Positions 19,686 through 28,444 of a stretch of 64,000 bases of DNA are shown piece after piece. Where the stretch lies: the NCBI GenBank assembly GCA_003862195.1, contig QOUO01000009.1, forward strand, positions 21 to 64,020, in the 5' to 3' direction. Source of the DNA: Coriobacteriaceae bacterium (lineage in GTDB: Bacteria > Actinomycetota > Coriobacteriia > Coriobacteriales > Atopobiaceae). Both the position numbers and the translations under genes were made by a program. The notes under the pieces are model-generated. The model was not told the DNA's origin, ran no database searches, and saw only the letters and a program-made list of their open reading frames with translations. Numbering within the stretch: the stretch's first letter is position 1; every line of letters begins with the position of its first letter.

Positions 19686-20411
19686 ATGCTGAAGTACGAA
19701 GCGGTGATCAACGACATCACCGACAAGATTGCGTCGGGCGTCTACAAGCCAAACGACAAGATCCCGACCACGATGGAGCTCTGCGACCAGTACGGCGTGA
19801 GCAAGATCACCATCAAGAAGGCCATGAACGAGCTCGAGAACCGCGGGCTCGTGGCGCGGCGGCGCGGCTCGGGCACCTTTGTTAAGAGCCTGACGCCGTC
19901 CAACCTGCCCACGAACGAGTTCATGAGCAAGTCCGCACAGATGCAGGGCTTCACGCGCGAGCACGACAACCGCGAGGGGGGCACCGTCAGCTCCGTGGTG
20001 TACGAGTTCACCGTGGAGCACCCGGACGCCGAGGTGGCCAAGAAGCTCTCCATCAACCCGGACGAGTTTGTGTACCGCATCTGCCGCGTGCGCTGCCTCG
20101 ACGGCGTGCCCCTGGTGATCGAGCACACGTGGATGCCCATCAACCTCATCCCCGACCTGAGGATGAAGAACCTTGAGGGCTCGATCTACGGCTACATAGA
20201 GGACACGCTCAAGCTCAAGATCTCGAGCGCGCACCGCGCGATCAGGGCGGTCATCGTTCCCGACGACGAGCTGGAGAAGCTCGATGTACCCAAGGGGAGC
20301 CCGGCCCTCGAGGTGAACCAGGTGGGCTTTCTGGACGACGGCGTCGCCTTCGAGTATTCGGTTTCGCGCCACGTGCGGGACTACACGTTCTTCTCGGTGT
20401 CGACGCACTAG
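19686..20411 (+). CDS. GntR family (HutC/UTRA-type) transcriptional regulator
   Basis: N-terminal wHTH (IPTTMELCDQYGVSKITIKKAMNELENRGLV) and a UTRA-like C-terminus. Confidence 0.85.
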   Translation: MLKYEAVINDITDKIASGVYKPNDKIPTTMELCDQYGVSKITIKKAMNELENRGLVARRRGSGTFVKSLTPSNLPTNEFMSKSAQMQGFTREHDNREGGTVSSVVYEFTVEHPDAEVAKKLSINPDEFVYRICRVRCLDGVPLVIEHTWMPINLIPDLRMKNLEGSIYGYIEDTLKLKISSAHRAIRAVIVPDDELEKLDVPKGSPALEVNQVGFLDDGVAFEYSVSRHVRDYTFFSVSTH

Positions 20412-20423
20412 GGTGCGGGGCTG

Positions 20424-21641
20424 CTACGCGAGCGGCGTCATCTGCCTGGGAAGGCCGCCGTCGAGCGCGATGGGCTCCGCCGGCCCCACGAGCGGGCGCA
20501 CGTAGCGCTCGAACTCAGCGGTGACGCCCATACCATCGGGCGCAATCCACGCGCTCGGGACGGGCTTGACCTGGTTGGCGACCTCGCTCACGTCCACGGT
20601 GCGGTAGCGCACGGCGTAGGGGTCGTCCTGCGTGCGCTCGAGCGAGCACATGATGCCCGTGGCGCCCTCGAGCGCCTCGCGCACGCCCATGCGCCCCAGC
20701 TCGAAGGCCTCGTCCAGGTCGGTCTTGCTGGCACAGTGGCTGCCGCAGCGCTGCAGCGTGGAGAGCTCCACCGCGCGCGTCTTGCAGCCCAGGCGCGCCT
20801 TCACGAGCGCGGCGAGGTAGCGGCTCGCGCCGGAGAGCTGCGCCAGGTGGCCAAACTCGTCCGTGCCGGTGCCGGGGGCGACGGTGCCCTCCGCCACGAG
20901 GCGCCCGTCCGGGGTGCGCACCCCCTCCGACGTCGCGACCACGACGGTGTTCTTCTCGGCGAGAAGTGCCTCGATCCTTGCTATGAGCGCGTCGGCCTCG
21001 ATGGGGACCTCGGGCAGGAGCACGAGGTCCGGGTGGGCGAGGCAGGCCGAACCCGCGAGCCAGCCGGCGTCGCGGCCCATGATCTCCACGAAGGTGACGC
21101 TCTTGAGGTCGTACACGTCCGCGTCGCGCGCGACCTCGCTCACGGCCGTCGCCACGAGGCGGGCGGCGCTGCCGTAGCCGGGCGTGTGGTCAATCTGCAC
21201 GAGGTCGTTGTCGATGGTCTTGGGCACGCCCACGAAGCGGACGTCGCTCCCCTCCCGGGCACCGTAGCGCGCGAGCTTGGCGATGGTGTCCATAGAGTCG
21301 TTACCGCCGATGTAGAGCACGGCCGAGACGCCCGCGGCCTCGACGCGCTCGAGCGCGCGGGCGAAGAACTCCGGGTCGGCCTCGGGATCGGGCAGCTTGA
21401 AGCGGCAGCTGCCCAGCCAGCTGGCGGGCGTGTCGCGCAGGAGCCGGAGCGCGTCCTCGTTGGGGACGGCCTCCGCGAGGTCCACGGTGCGACCGTCGAG
21501 GAAGCCCTGGATGCCGAAGCGCATGCCGACGGGACGCACGTTCTTCTCGCCCGCGCCCGCTATGACGCCGGCGAGGCTCGCGTTGATGGCGCAGGTGGGG
21601 CCGCCCGACTGTCCGACGAGGATGCGCTTCTGCTGGGACAT
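20424..21641 (-). CDS. pfp: 6-phosphofructokinase, pyrophosphate-dependent type (PFK group III-like)
   Basis: ILVGQSGGPTCAINASLAG and IGGNDSMDT, PKTIDNDL motifs. AGGAGAG SD. Confidence 0.8.
   Translation of the reverse strand: MSQQKRILVGQSGGPTCAINASLAGVIAGAGEKNVRPVGMRFGIQGFLDGRTVDLAEAVPNEDALRLLRDTPASWLGSCRFKLPDPEADPEFFARALERVEAAGVSAVLYIGGNDSMDTIAKLARYGAREGSDVRFVGVPKTIDNDLVQIDHTPGYGSAARLVATAVSEVARDADVYDLKSVTFVEIMGRDAGWLAGSACLAHPDLVLLPEVPIEADALIARIEALLAEKNTVVVATSEGVRTPDGRLVAEGTVAPGTGTDEFGHLAQLSGASRYLAALVKARLGCKTRAVELSTLQRCGSHCASKTDLDEAFELGRMGVREALEGATGIMCSLERTQDDPYAVRYRTVDVSEVANQVKPVPSAWIAPDGMGVTAEFERYVRPLVGPAEPIALDGGLPRQMTPLA
21540..21552 (-). repeat. 13-mer repeat copy GGGCGAGAAGAAC
   Basis: Exact. 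Sense in pfp, read as G-E-K-N. Confidence 0.95.
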
Positions 21642-21784
21642 GACTCTCCTAACGTTGTGGTTGGCACGAGTATAGCGCGGCGGGGGCGGCGGCCGTCGGC
21701 TGGCGGCGCGCGTTGGCGCGCGGCCGAAGTGGGTAGAAGGCAGGTAACTTATGGTGGCCGCGGGAGCGGCGGTTTGGAGGAAGC

Positions 21785-22354
21785 ATGCTGAAGGACGTGA
21801 AGGTTGGCCCGTACCTGGCGCCGATGCCGGTGCTGATGATCGCGACGTACGACGACGATGGCACCGTCGACGTGATGAACATGGCGTGGGGCGGCATCTG
21901 CGACACGGACAAGGTGGCGCTCAACATTGGAGCGCGGCACAAGACGTCCAAGAACATCGCCAAGCGCAAGGCGTTCACGATCTCCGTGGCCGACGAGGCG
22001 CACGTGCGCGAGGCAGACTACTTTGGCATCGCCTCGGGCAACACCGTGGCAGACAAGTTCGAGCGCAGCGGCCTCACCGCGAGGAAGAGCTCGCGCGTGG
22101 ACGCGCCGGTGATCGAGGAGTTCCCGCTGACGCTGGAGTGCGAGGTCGTGGAGGACGACGAGGTCGTGAGCGGGCACCGCGTGGTCGGCAAGATCGTGGG
22201 CGTTCTGGCGGACGACTCCGTGCTGGACGCGGACGGCAAGCCCGACATCTCCAAGCTGCGCCCGCTGACGTTTGACACGTTCCACAGCGGCTACTACGCG
22301 CTGGGCGAGAAGGTCGGCCAGGCGTGGAGCGACGGCAAGGCGCTGGGCGAGTAG
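21785..22354 (+). CDS. flavin reductase-like FMN-binding split-barrel protein
   Basis: PVLMIATYDDDGTVDVMNMAWGG pattern. GGAGGAAGC SD directly upstream. Confidence 0.7.
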   Translation: MLKDVKVGPYLAPMPVLMIATYDDDGTVDVMNMAWGGICDTDKVALNIGARHKTSKNIAKRKAFTISVADEAHVREADYFGIASGNTVADKFERSGLTARKSSRVDAPVIEEFPLTLECEVVEDDEVVSGHRVVGKIVGVLADDSVLDADGKPDISKLRPLTFDTFHSGYYALGEKVGQAWSDGKALGE

Positions 22355-22378
22355 GCCCCGCCGCGGGCCGGGCTGCCC

Positions 22379-22924
22379 CTACCGGATGGATGCCCCCAGC
22401 TCGCGGGCCTGCGGCACGTCCGTGACGGCAGACGCGTCCAGGTCGTCCGTGTGGAGCAGCACGGCGGTGCCCAGGTTGCGCCAGCCCATGCGGAGCATGA
22501 GGTAGTCGAAGTGCGCCAGCAGCTGCGCGGGATGCGCGCCGCCCGCCGCAACCAGGAGCGCTCCCGAGCGGCCGTTGCCGTGGAGCTCGTCCGGATCGCA
22601 CTCCGCGAGCGCCCAGAGCCGGTCGAACGCGTTCTTGAGCAGGCCGCTGTACGACCAGAAGAAGAGCGGCGTCGCGAGCACCACCACGTCGCAGGCGCGG
22701 TACGCCGCGTACACGCGCGCCATGTCGTCGCGCTGCGTGCAGGGGTGGGCCGGGTCCGCCCCGCCGTGCAGGCAGCCCACGCAGCAGTGGATGTCAAGAT
22801 CGCGCAGGTCAAGCACCTCGACGGAGTTGCCCGCGCCGCGCGCGCCGGCGCAGAACGAGTCGATCATCCTCTGGGTAAAGCCACGCGGGCGAGAAGAGCC
22901 GTTCAACACCAGTATGCGCGCCAT
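22379..22924 (-). CDS. flavodoxin-like NADPH-dependent FMN reductase family protein
   Basis: MARILVLNGSSRPRGFT N-terminus and LATPLFFWSYSGLLKNAFDRL. Start lies 1 nt after the DeoR stop. Confidence 0.7.
   Translation of the reverse strand: MARILVLNGSSRPRGFTQRMIDSFCAGARGAGNSVEVLDLRDLDIHCCVGCLHGGADPAHPCTQRDDMARVYAAYRACDVVVLATPLFFWSYSGLLKNAFDRLWALAECDPDELHGNGRSGALLVAAGGAHPAQLLAHFDYLMLRMGWRNLGTAVLLHTDDLDASAVTDVPQARELGASIR
22887..22899 (+). repeat. 13-mer repeat copy GGGCGAGAAGAGC
   Basis: Exact. Antisense in the flavodoxin-like CDS. Confidence 0.95.
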
Positions 22925-22925
22925 G

Positions 22926-23722
22926 CTACCTCCCGGGTTCGCCGTCCTCGACAGGCCCATTGTCGCCGATGCCGGCTGCGTCCGCCACCACGACGCCCTC
23001 GCGGCCTCGCCACTGCGCGGGGACGTCGCCCGCGGTCACGAGCGTGGCGGCCTCGAGCGGCGCGTACGTGATGAGGCTGCGCTTGCCCAGCTTGCTCGCG
23101 TCCGCCAGCACGTAGGGGCGGGCGCAGCGCGCGAGCGCGGCGGACTTGACGGCCGCCTCGCCGCGGTCCTGCACCGTGAAGCCCGCCTCGGCCGTGACGC
23201 CGTTGGTGCCCCAGAAGCCGAGCGTGAAGTTGTAGCGCGCGATGGCCTCCGTCGTGTCCGGGCCGCTCAGGGCCTTGGTCGCGTCCACGAGCTCGCCGCC
23301 GAGCACGATCACGCGCAGGCCCTTGGCCGCAAGCACGAGCGCCGTCGACACTGAGTTGGTGGCAAACGCCGCGCGCGTGGGCGCGAGCAGGGACGCGAGC
23401 GCCTCGACCGTGGAGCCCGCGTCCAGGTACACGAAGTCGTCCGGACCCACGAGCGTGGCCGCGAGCCGGCAGATCGCGTCCTTCTCGCCCGCGTGGAGGC
23501 CATAGCGGTCGGGCAGCGTGAGGTCGCGCGTGAGGTGCGCGCGCTCCAGCGCCATGGCGCCGCCGTGGACCTTCACCAGGCGGTGCGCCTCGTGAAGGCG
23601 GTCGAGGTCGCGGCGGATGGTGGATTCCGACGTGCCGAGCTCGGTCGCGAGGTCGGACACCGTCGCGACGCCGCGCTCCCCCACCAGCGCCGCGATGCGC
23701 GCCTGGCGCTCGTGCGCGAGCA
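22926..23722 (-). CDS. DeoR family transcriptional regulator
   Basis: HTH VSDLATELGTSESTIRRDLDRL plus a DeoR C-terminal sensor domain. GTG 23722 directly abuts the TAG of the upstream oxidoreductase. Confidence 0.8.
23478..23490 (-). repeat. 13-mer repeat copy GGGCGAGAAGGAC
   Basis: Exact. Sense in the DeoR CDS, read as G-E-K-D. Confidence 0.95.
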
Positions 23723-24850
23723 CTAGCGCTCCTCGGGGTAGACCACGCCCCAGCTGCGGCGCACCTTGGTCATGACGTCCATCACGTCGGAGGCGTAGCC
23801 CAGCAGGGCCGCCTTGCTCGCGTCGCCGGCCACGGCGGACTCGAGGTCGGCCATCTCGTAGCAGAGCGCGTAGCCCTCCACGCCGGCGCGGACCTCCTCG
23901 CGGTGGCCGTCGGCCGTCCAGACGATGGTCGCCCGGTCCGCGCGCGGGTAGTCCATAACCTCGATGTAGCAGCGGTCGAAGCTGAGGACCGCGCGCTTGG
24001 GCTGCTTGGAGTGGAGCGTGAGGCTCACCACGCCCAGCTGGCCCTGCGCGTTGCGGCACACGATGCCGCCGGCCTCGTCCACGCCAGTCTTAGCGAGGTT
24101 GCCCAGGCTCACGACCTCGGTGGGCGCGCCGTCCATGAAGAGCCGCATGAGCGAGAGCGCGTACACGCCGATGTCGAGCATGGCGCCGCCCGCGAGGTTG
24201 ATGTTATAGAAGCGGTTGGTGAGGTCGCCGTACTCCTTGTAGCTGCCAAAGTTGAGCTGCGCCAGGTTCATGCGGCCAAACTCGCCGGCGCGCACGCGGC
24301 GCAGGAGCTCCTGGTAGAGGGGCATGTGCAGGATCGTGGTGGCGTCCATCAGCACCACGTGGTTGCGGCTGGCAAGCTCGCGCGCCTCCGCAAGCTCCTC
24401 GGAGTTGAGGGTGATGCTCTTCTCGCACAGGACGTTCTTGCCGGCCGCCAGGGCGCCGCGCAGGTAGCGGATGTGCGTGTTGTGCGGCGTGGTGATGTAG
24501 ACGGCGTCCACGGCGGGGTCCGCATAGAGCTCCTCCGCGCTCTGGTACACGCGCTCGACGCCGTAGCGCTGGGCAAACGCCTCCGCCTTGGAGCGCGTGC
24601 GGTTGGCCACGCCGTGGATGCGGCGGCCGGCCAGCGCCATGGACTGCGCCATCTGGTTGGCGATCACGCCGCAGCCGATGACGGCCCACGTGAGCTGTGG
24701 CGCCGTAAAGACGTCCGTCGGAAACGGCTGGTCTGCCACGGCGGCAAACGCCTCGCTCGCTGCCACGGCCGCGTCGCGCGGACCCGGTGCCGCGTCCTTC
24801 TTGCCTGCGTTGACCTGCGGCGTTGCCGCCTGCTGCGTAGCCTCTGACAT
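23723..24850 (-). CDS. Gfo/Idh/MocA family oxidoreductase
   Basis: Rossmann VIGCGVIANQ and NVLCEKS (EKP-like) motif. ATG 24850 chosen. Confidence 0.8.
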   Translation of the reverse strand: MSEATQQAATPQVNAGKKDAAPGPRDAAVAASEAFAAVADQPFPTDVFTAPQLTWAVIGCGVIANQMAQSMALAGRRIHGVANRTRSKAEAFAQRYGVERVYQSAEELYADPAVDAVYITTPHNTHIRYLRGALAAGKNVLCEKSITLNSEELAEARELASRNHVVLMDATTILHMPLYQELLRRVRAGEFGRMNLAQLNFGSYKEYGDLTNRFYNINLAGGAMLDIGVYALSLMRLFMDGAPTEVVSLGNLAKTGVDEAGGIVCRNAQGQLGVVSLTLHSKQPKRAVLSFDRCYIEVMDYPRADRATIVWTADGHREEVRAGVEGYALCYEMADLESAVAGDASKAALLGYASDVMDVMTKVRRSWGVVYPEER

Positions 24851-24961
24851 GGCTCCGCCCTTCTGGCGCACCTGTGCGCCTCTGCTCGATAGTGCTCGAA
24901 ACTGCTCTCCACTGCTTAGTATTGCGCGTTTTTGCACATTTGCAAGCATTTTCGCGCAAAC

Positions 24962-24974
24962 GGGCGAGAAGAAC
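24962..24974 (+). repeat. 13-mer repeat copy GGGCGAGAAGAAC
   Basis: Exact. Divergent intergenic region, about 77 nt upstream of esterase ATG 25051. Confidence 0.95.
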
Positions 24975-25050
24975 ATCCCGCGTGGCCCTACGCCTCGGCC
25001 GGCGACGCTAGCATGGTGGCTGAAAGACGCCGCCGGGGATGGGAGTGGCC

Positions 25051-25734
25051 ATGCTACAGCTCGACGTGGACGGGACCGAAGTAATCCTCTGGACGCCGGA
25101 GCCGGCGCCCGCGGAGGCGCTGCCCGTCGTCTACCTGCACGAGTTCAAGGGCGACGGCCGCGACGTGTGGGAGGCGTGCCAGACGCTGGGCTGCCCGCCG
25201 TTCGCGCTCGCCGTCATACCCACGCCCGACTGGGATGACGCGCTCAGCCCCTGGCCCGCACCGCCGACGTTCAAGGGCGCGCAGCCCTACGCGGGCGAGG
25301 CCACGGCGCAGCTCGACTCCCTCACCGGCCGCGTGATGCCCGCCGTCGAAGAGGCGCTGCAACCGGCGCGGCCGTCCCTCTCCGCGCTTGCGGGCTATTC
25401 CCTTGCGGGTCTCTTTGCGGCGTGGGCGCCGTTCGTGACGGACGCGTTCCCACGCGTGGCGTCCGTCTCCGGCTCGCTCTGGTACCCGGACTTCGCGGAG
25501 TTCGCCCGCGCGCACGAGCCGGCGTCCACCCTGGAGCGCGCGTACTTCTCCGTTGGTGACCGCGAGGCCAAGACCCGCAACGCCTACCTGCGCACGGTGG
25601 AGGACCGCACGCGCGAGGTCGAGCGCACGATCGCGGCGCGCGGCGTCCAGACCACCTTCGAGCTCAACCCCGGCAACCACTTCACCGACGAGGCGGGACG
25701 CACGGCACGGGGCATCGCCTGGCTGCTCTCCTGA
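25051..25734 (+). CDS. alpha/beta hydrolase (putative esterase family)
   Basis: GYSLAG nucleophile elbow. GGGAG SD 5 nt before ATG 25051. Confidence 0.65.
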   Translation: MLQLDVDGTEVILWTPEPAPAEALPVVYLHEFKGDGRDVWEACQTLGCPPFALAVIPTPDWDDALSPWPAPPTFKGAQPYAGEATAQLDSLTGRVMPAVEEALQPARPSLSALAGYSLAGLFAAWAPFVTDAFPRVASVSGSLWYPDFAEFARAHEPASTLERAYFSVGDREAKTRNAYLRTVEDRTREVERTIAARGVQTTFELNPGNHFTDEAGRTARGIAWLLS

Positions 25735-25891
25735 GGCTGACTGCCCCGTGGCAGCCCCGCCCTCGCAATCTTGGGCAAGCGGTGCGACCCGTGTTAAATC
25801 CCGTTTGCGCGGCGCCATGCCACTGCCGCACCCGCGGGCGGCTGCTAGACTCTTCCCACCACACCACGCAGCCGGAAGGAAGGCCAAAGCC

Positions 25892-26470
25892 GTGACCACC
25901 AACGCAAGCAGCGCGCCCCTCGTGAGGCCCGCCACGCCCGCGGACGCGGACGCCGTCATCGCGTTCTACGACGACCTGATCGACGAGATCGGCAGCCTCC
26001 CCACGGCCCCCAACTGGGAGAAGGGCGTCTATCCCACCCACGACTACCTGCGCGAGTGCATCGCCGCTGGCGAGTTCTTCGTGGCAGAGCTGCCGGACGC
26101 CCCGGCCCCTGCGGACGAGAAGGGCACTCCCCGCCTAGCCGGCGCCTGCCTGCTGCGCCTGGGACAGGACGAGGAGTACGACCGCATCCCCTGGAAGGTA
26201 GCTGCAAGCCCGGACCAGATCCTGGTCGTGCACCTGATCGCGAGCGCCACCTGGGCGGCCGGCCGCGGCGTCGGGCGCGCGCTCCTGGACCACGCCTGCG
26301 ACGAGGCCCGCCGCCACGGCTGCACCGTCGTGCGCCTGGACACGCTCACCACCAACACGCCGGCCCAGCACCTGTACGAGCGCTACGGCTTCGACCGCCT
26401 GGGCAACTTCGACCTCACCTACCCCACCACGGGCACGATGCCCCTCGTCATCTACGAACTCGGGGTGTAG
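25892..26470 (+). CDS. GNAT family N-acetyltransferase
   Basis: AAGRGVGRALL acetyl-CoA loop and HLYERYGF. GTG 25892 after a GGAAGGAAGG SD. Confidence 0.75.
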   Translation: MTTNASSAPLVRPATPADADAVIAFYDDLIDEIGSLPTAPNWEKGVYPTHDYLRECIAAGEFFVAELPDAPAPADEKGTPRLAGACLLRLGQDEEYDRIPWKVAASPDQILVVHLIASATWAAGRGVGRALLDHACDEARRHGCTVVRLDTLTTNTPAQHLYERYGFDRLGNFDLTYPTTGTMPLVIYELGV

Positions 26471-26689
26471 GAGCGGGCCTTGCGGGCCACGGTTTGGCCC
26501 CAAAGCCCAGTGTTCAGGAACCAATGCCGCCATGGCACCGCCGCAGCCGCAAAAGTCCCTCAGATATGCACGTCTTCCTGCGGAATGTTACAATTCACCC
26601 AGGCATTTACCCGTCGGCGGGAATTTTTGCACCACCTACCGACAAGTCGAAGCCAGATGAATGTGTACTCGATAGGAGGACATCCACAT

Positions 26690-28222
26690 ATGAAGCGAGA
26701 AGTCATCACCCTCAAGAGCAAGGCCCTGGGCAAGGATGCCCACGTCATCGTCTACGGCGAGAAGGGCTACCCCATCGTCGCGTTCCAGACTCAGGACAAG
26801 AAGGCGACCGAGCTCGAGGACGAGGGCATGGTCGACACGCTGGCCGAGTACCTCGACGGCGGAAAGGTCCAGCTCTTCTCGGTCGATAACTTTGACGAGG
26901 ACAGCTGGTCCAAGCTCGACGGCGACAACGCCGAGCGCGCCCAGCGCCAGGAGGCCTACTTCCGCTTCGTGACGGACGAGCTGCTGCCCCGCGTGCACGA
27001 GGTCAACGGCTCCAACCTGCGCCCGATCGCGTTTGGCTGCTCCATGGGCGCCGTCCACGCCGCGATCGCGCTGTTCCGCCGCCCGGACCTCTTCCAGGGC
27101 TGCATGGCGCTTTCCGGCATCTACCACTCCGGCTACTTCTTTGGCGACTGGATGGACTCCACGCTGTACGACAACGACCTGCTGGCCTTTCTGCCCAACA
27201 TGCCCGAGGACCACCCCTACGTCCAGACCTACCGCAACCGCTCGATCCTGTTCTGCTGCGGCCAGGGCGAGGGCGACGAGTTTGCGCAGGACGAGCGCCT
27301 GGTGGGCGAGCAGCTCACGCGCCTGGGCGTCGACCACTGGTGCGACTACTGGGGCGCGGACGTCACGCACGACTGGTACTGGTGGAAGAAGCAGATGACG
27401 TACTTCCTGCCCTTCGTCCTGGAGGACGTGCAGAAGGAGGTTGCAAAGGAGCCCGTCGCGCCGTACGTTGCGCCGGCAAAGTCCGCCAAGCCCGCAGCCA
27501 AGGCAAAGGCAGCCGAGAAGGTCGAGGCTCCCAAGGCAGCAGCCAAGCCTGCTGCCGCGGCAAAGCCCGCGAAGCCGGCAGCCAAGCCCGCCGCAAAGGC
27601 AACCGCAAAGAAGGCCGAGCCCAAGGCCGCTCCTGCCGCCAAGTCCGCTGCTGCTCCCAAGGCCACCGCGAAGAAGGCCGCCCCTGCCAAGAAGGCGGAG
27701 CCCGCAGCCAAGGCCGCTCCCGTGAAGAAGGCCGCAACCAAGCCCGCCGCCAAGGCCGCTCCCGCAAAGCCGGCCGCGACCAAGAAGGCCGAGCCCAAGG
27801 CCGCCGCACCTGTTAAGAAGGCGGCTCCTGCCAAGAAGGCTCCCGCAGCCCCCAAGGCCGCTGCCGTGAAGGCAGAGCCCAAGGCGGCCGAGAAGGCCAC
27901 CTCCGCACCTGCCGCCAAGAAGCCTGCAGCCAAGGCAACCACGGCAAAGCCTGCCGCCAAGCCCGCTGCAGCCAAGCCTGCCGCAAAGGCAACCGCAACC
28001 AAGGCTGCCACCAAGCCGGCTGCTAAGGCACCTGCCAAGAAGGCCGAGCCCGCCAAGGCCGAGGCGCCCAAGGCCACCGCAGCCAAGAAGCCGGCCGATG
28101 CCCACAAGGCAACCGCAAAGCCCGCCGCCACCAAGGCGACCGTCGCAAAGGCAACTGCCACCAAGGCTGCTTCCAAGACCACCAAGACCAGCGTGAGGTC
28201 CTCCCGCAAGAAGACCCGCTAG
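26690..28222 (+). CDS. esterase-family protein with a roughly 210-aa Lys/Ala/Pro-rich histone-H1-like C-terminal tail
   Basis: AGGAGGA SD before ATG 26690. GCSMG nucleophile elbow. From about aa 300 on, AAKPAAKA-type low-complexity repeats. Confidence 0.8.
   Translation: MKREVITLKSKALGKDAHVIVYGEKGYPIVAFQTQDKKATELEDEGMVDTLAEYLDGGKVQLFSVDNFDEDSWSKLDGDNAERAQRQEAYFRFVTDELLPRVHEVNGSNLRPIAFGCSMGAVHAAIALFRRPDLFQGCMALSGIYHSGYFFGDWMDSTLYDNDLLAFLPNMPEDHPYVQTYRNRSILFCCGQGEGDEFAQDERLVGEQLTRLGVDHWCDYWGADVTHDWYWWKKQMTYFLPFVLEDVQKEVAKEPVAPYVAPAKSAKPAAKAKAAEKVEAPKAAAKPAAAAKPAKPAAKPAAKATAKKAEPKAAPAAKSAAAPKATAKKAAPAKKAEPAAKAAPVKKAATKPAAKAAPAKPAATKKAEPKAAAPVKKAAPAKKAPAAPKAAAVKAEPKAAEKATSAPAAKKPAAKATTAKPAAKPAAAKPAAKATATKAATKPAAKAPAKKAEPAKAEAPKATAAKKPADAHKATAKPAATKATVAKATATKAASKTTKTSVRSSRKKTR
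27440..28200 (+). repeat. coding low-complexity repeat (AKP/PAAK units)
   Basis: Reiterated GCC-AAG-CCN-GCN codon pattern. Translates as KPAAKAAPAKPAATKKAEPK and similar units. Confidence 0.8.
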
Positions 28223-28255
28223 TCCGCAATCCGCGGTAGCAAGCAAGATCTGTTC

Positions 28256-28302
28256 CGAGCCCCACGCCTCGTCCAAAGGCGCGGGGCTCGTTCTTCTCGC
28301 CC
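28256..28302 (+). terminator. putative intrinsic terminator whose pyrimidine tail is a 13-mer repeat copy
   Basis: Stem CGAGCCCCACGCC / GGCGCGGGGCTCG (one mismatch) with a 9-nt loop, followed by TTCTTCTCGCCC. Confidence 0.5.
28290..28302 (-). repeat. 13-mer repeat copy GGGCGAGAAGAAC
   Basis: Exact. Intergenic, immediately after the terminator hairpin. Confidence 0.95.
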
Positions 28303-28324
28303 GCAGTATCACCTGGCGCGGCAC

Positions 28325-28337
28325 GTCCTTCTCGCCC
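28325..28337 (-). repeat. 13-mer repeat copy GGGCGAGAAGGAC
   Basis: Exact. Intergenic, a direct repeat 35 nt from the copy at 28290. Confidence 0.95.
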
Positions 28338-28444
28338 GCGTCCCTTCTTTCCGCCAGGTCACACGCCCGCAACGCGGCACTGCTATCATCGTCGCAACCG
28401 CCTCGCGCGGAGCGACCGCCAGACAACCGCCAGATTGGAGCAGC

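Noticed and set aside
22926-24059. 377-aa ORF taken as a single protein
   Set aside because: The N-terminal 112 or so residues overlap the C-terminus of the Gfo/Idh/MocA gene in another frame. The DeoR HTH begins right after GTG 23722, which abuts the upstream stop.
27440-28200. Nucleotide tandem repeat, possible non-coding satellite or contingency locus
   Set aside because: The periodicity is codon-level (Ala-Lys-Pro units) within an uninterrupted frame continuous with the esterase domain. It is treated as a coding low-complexity tail.
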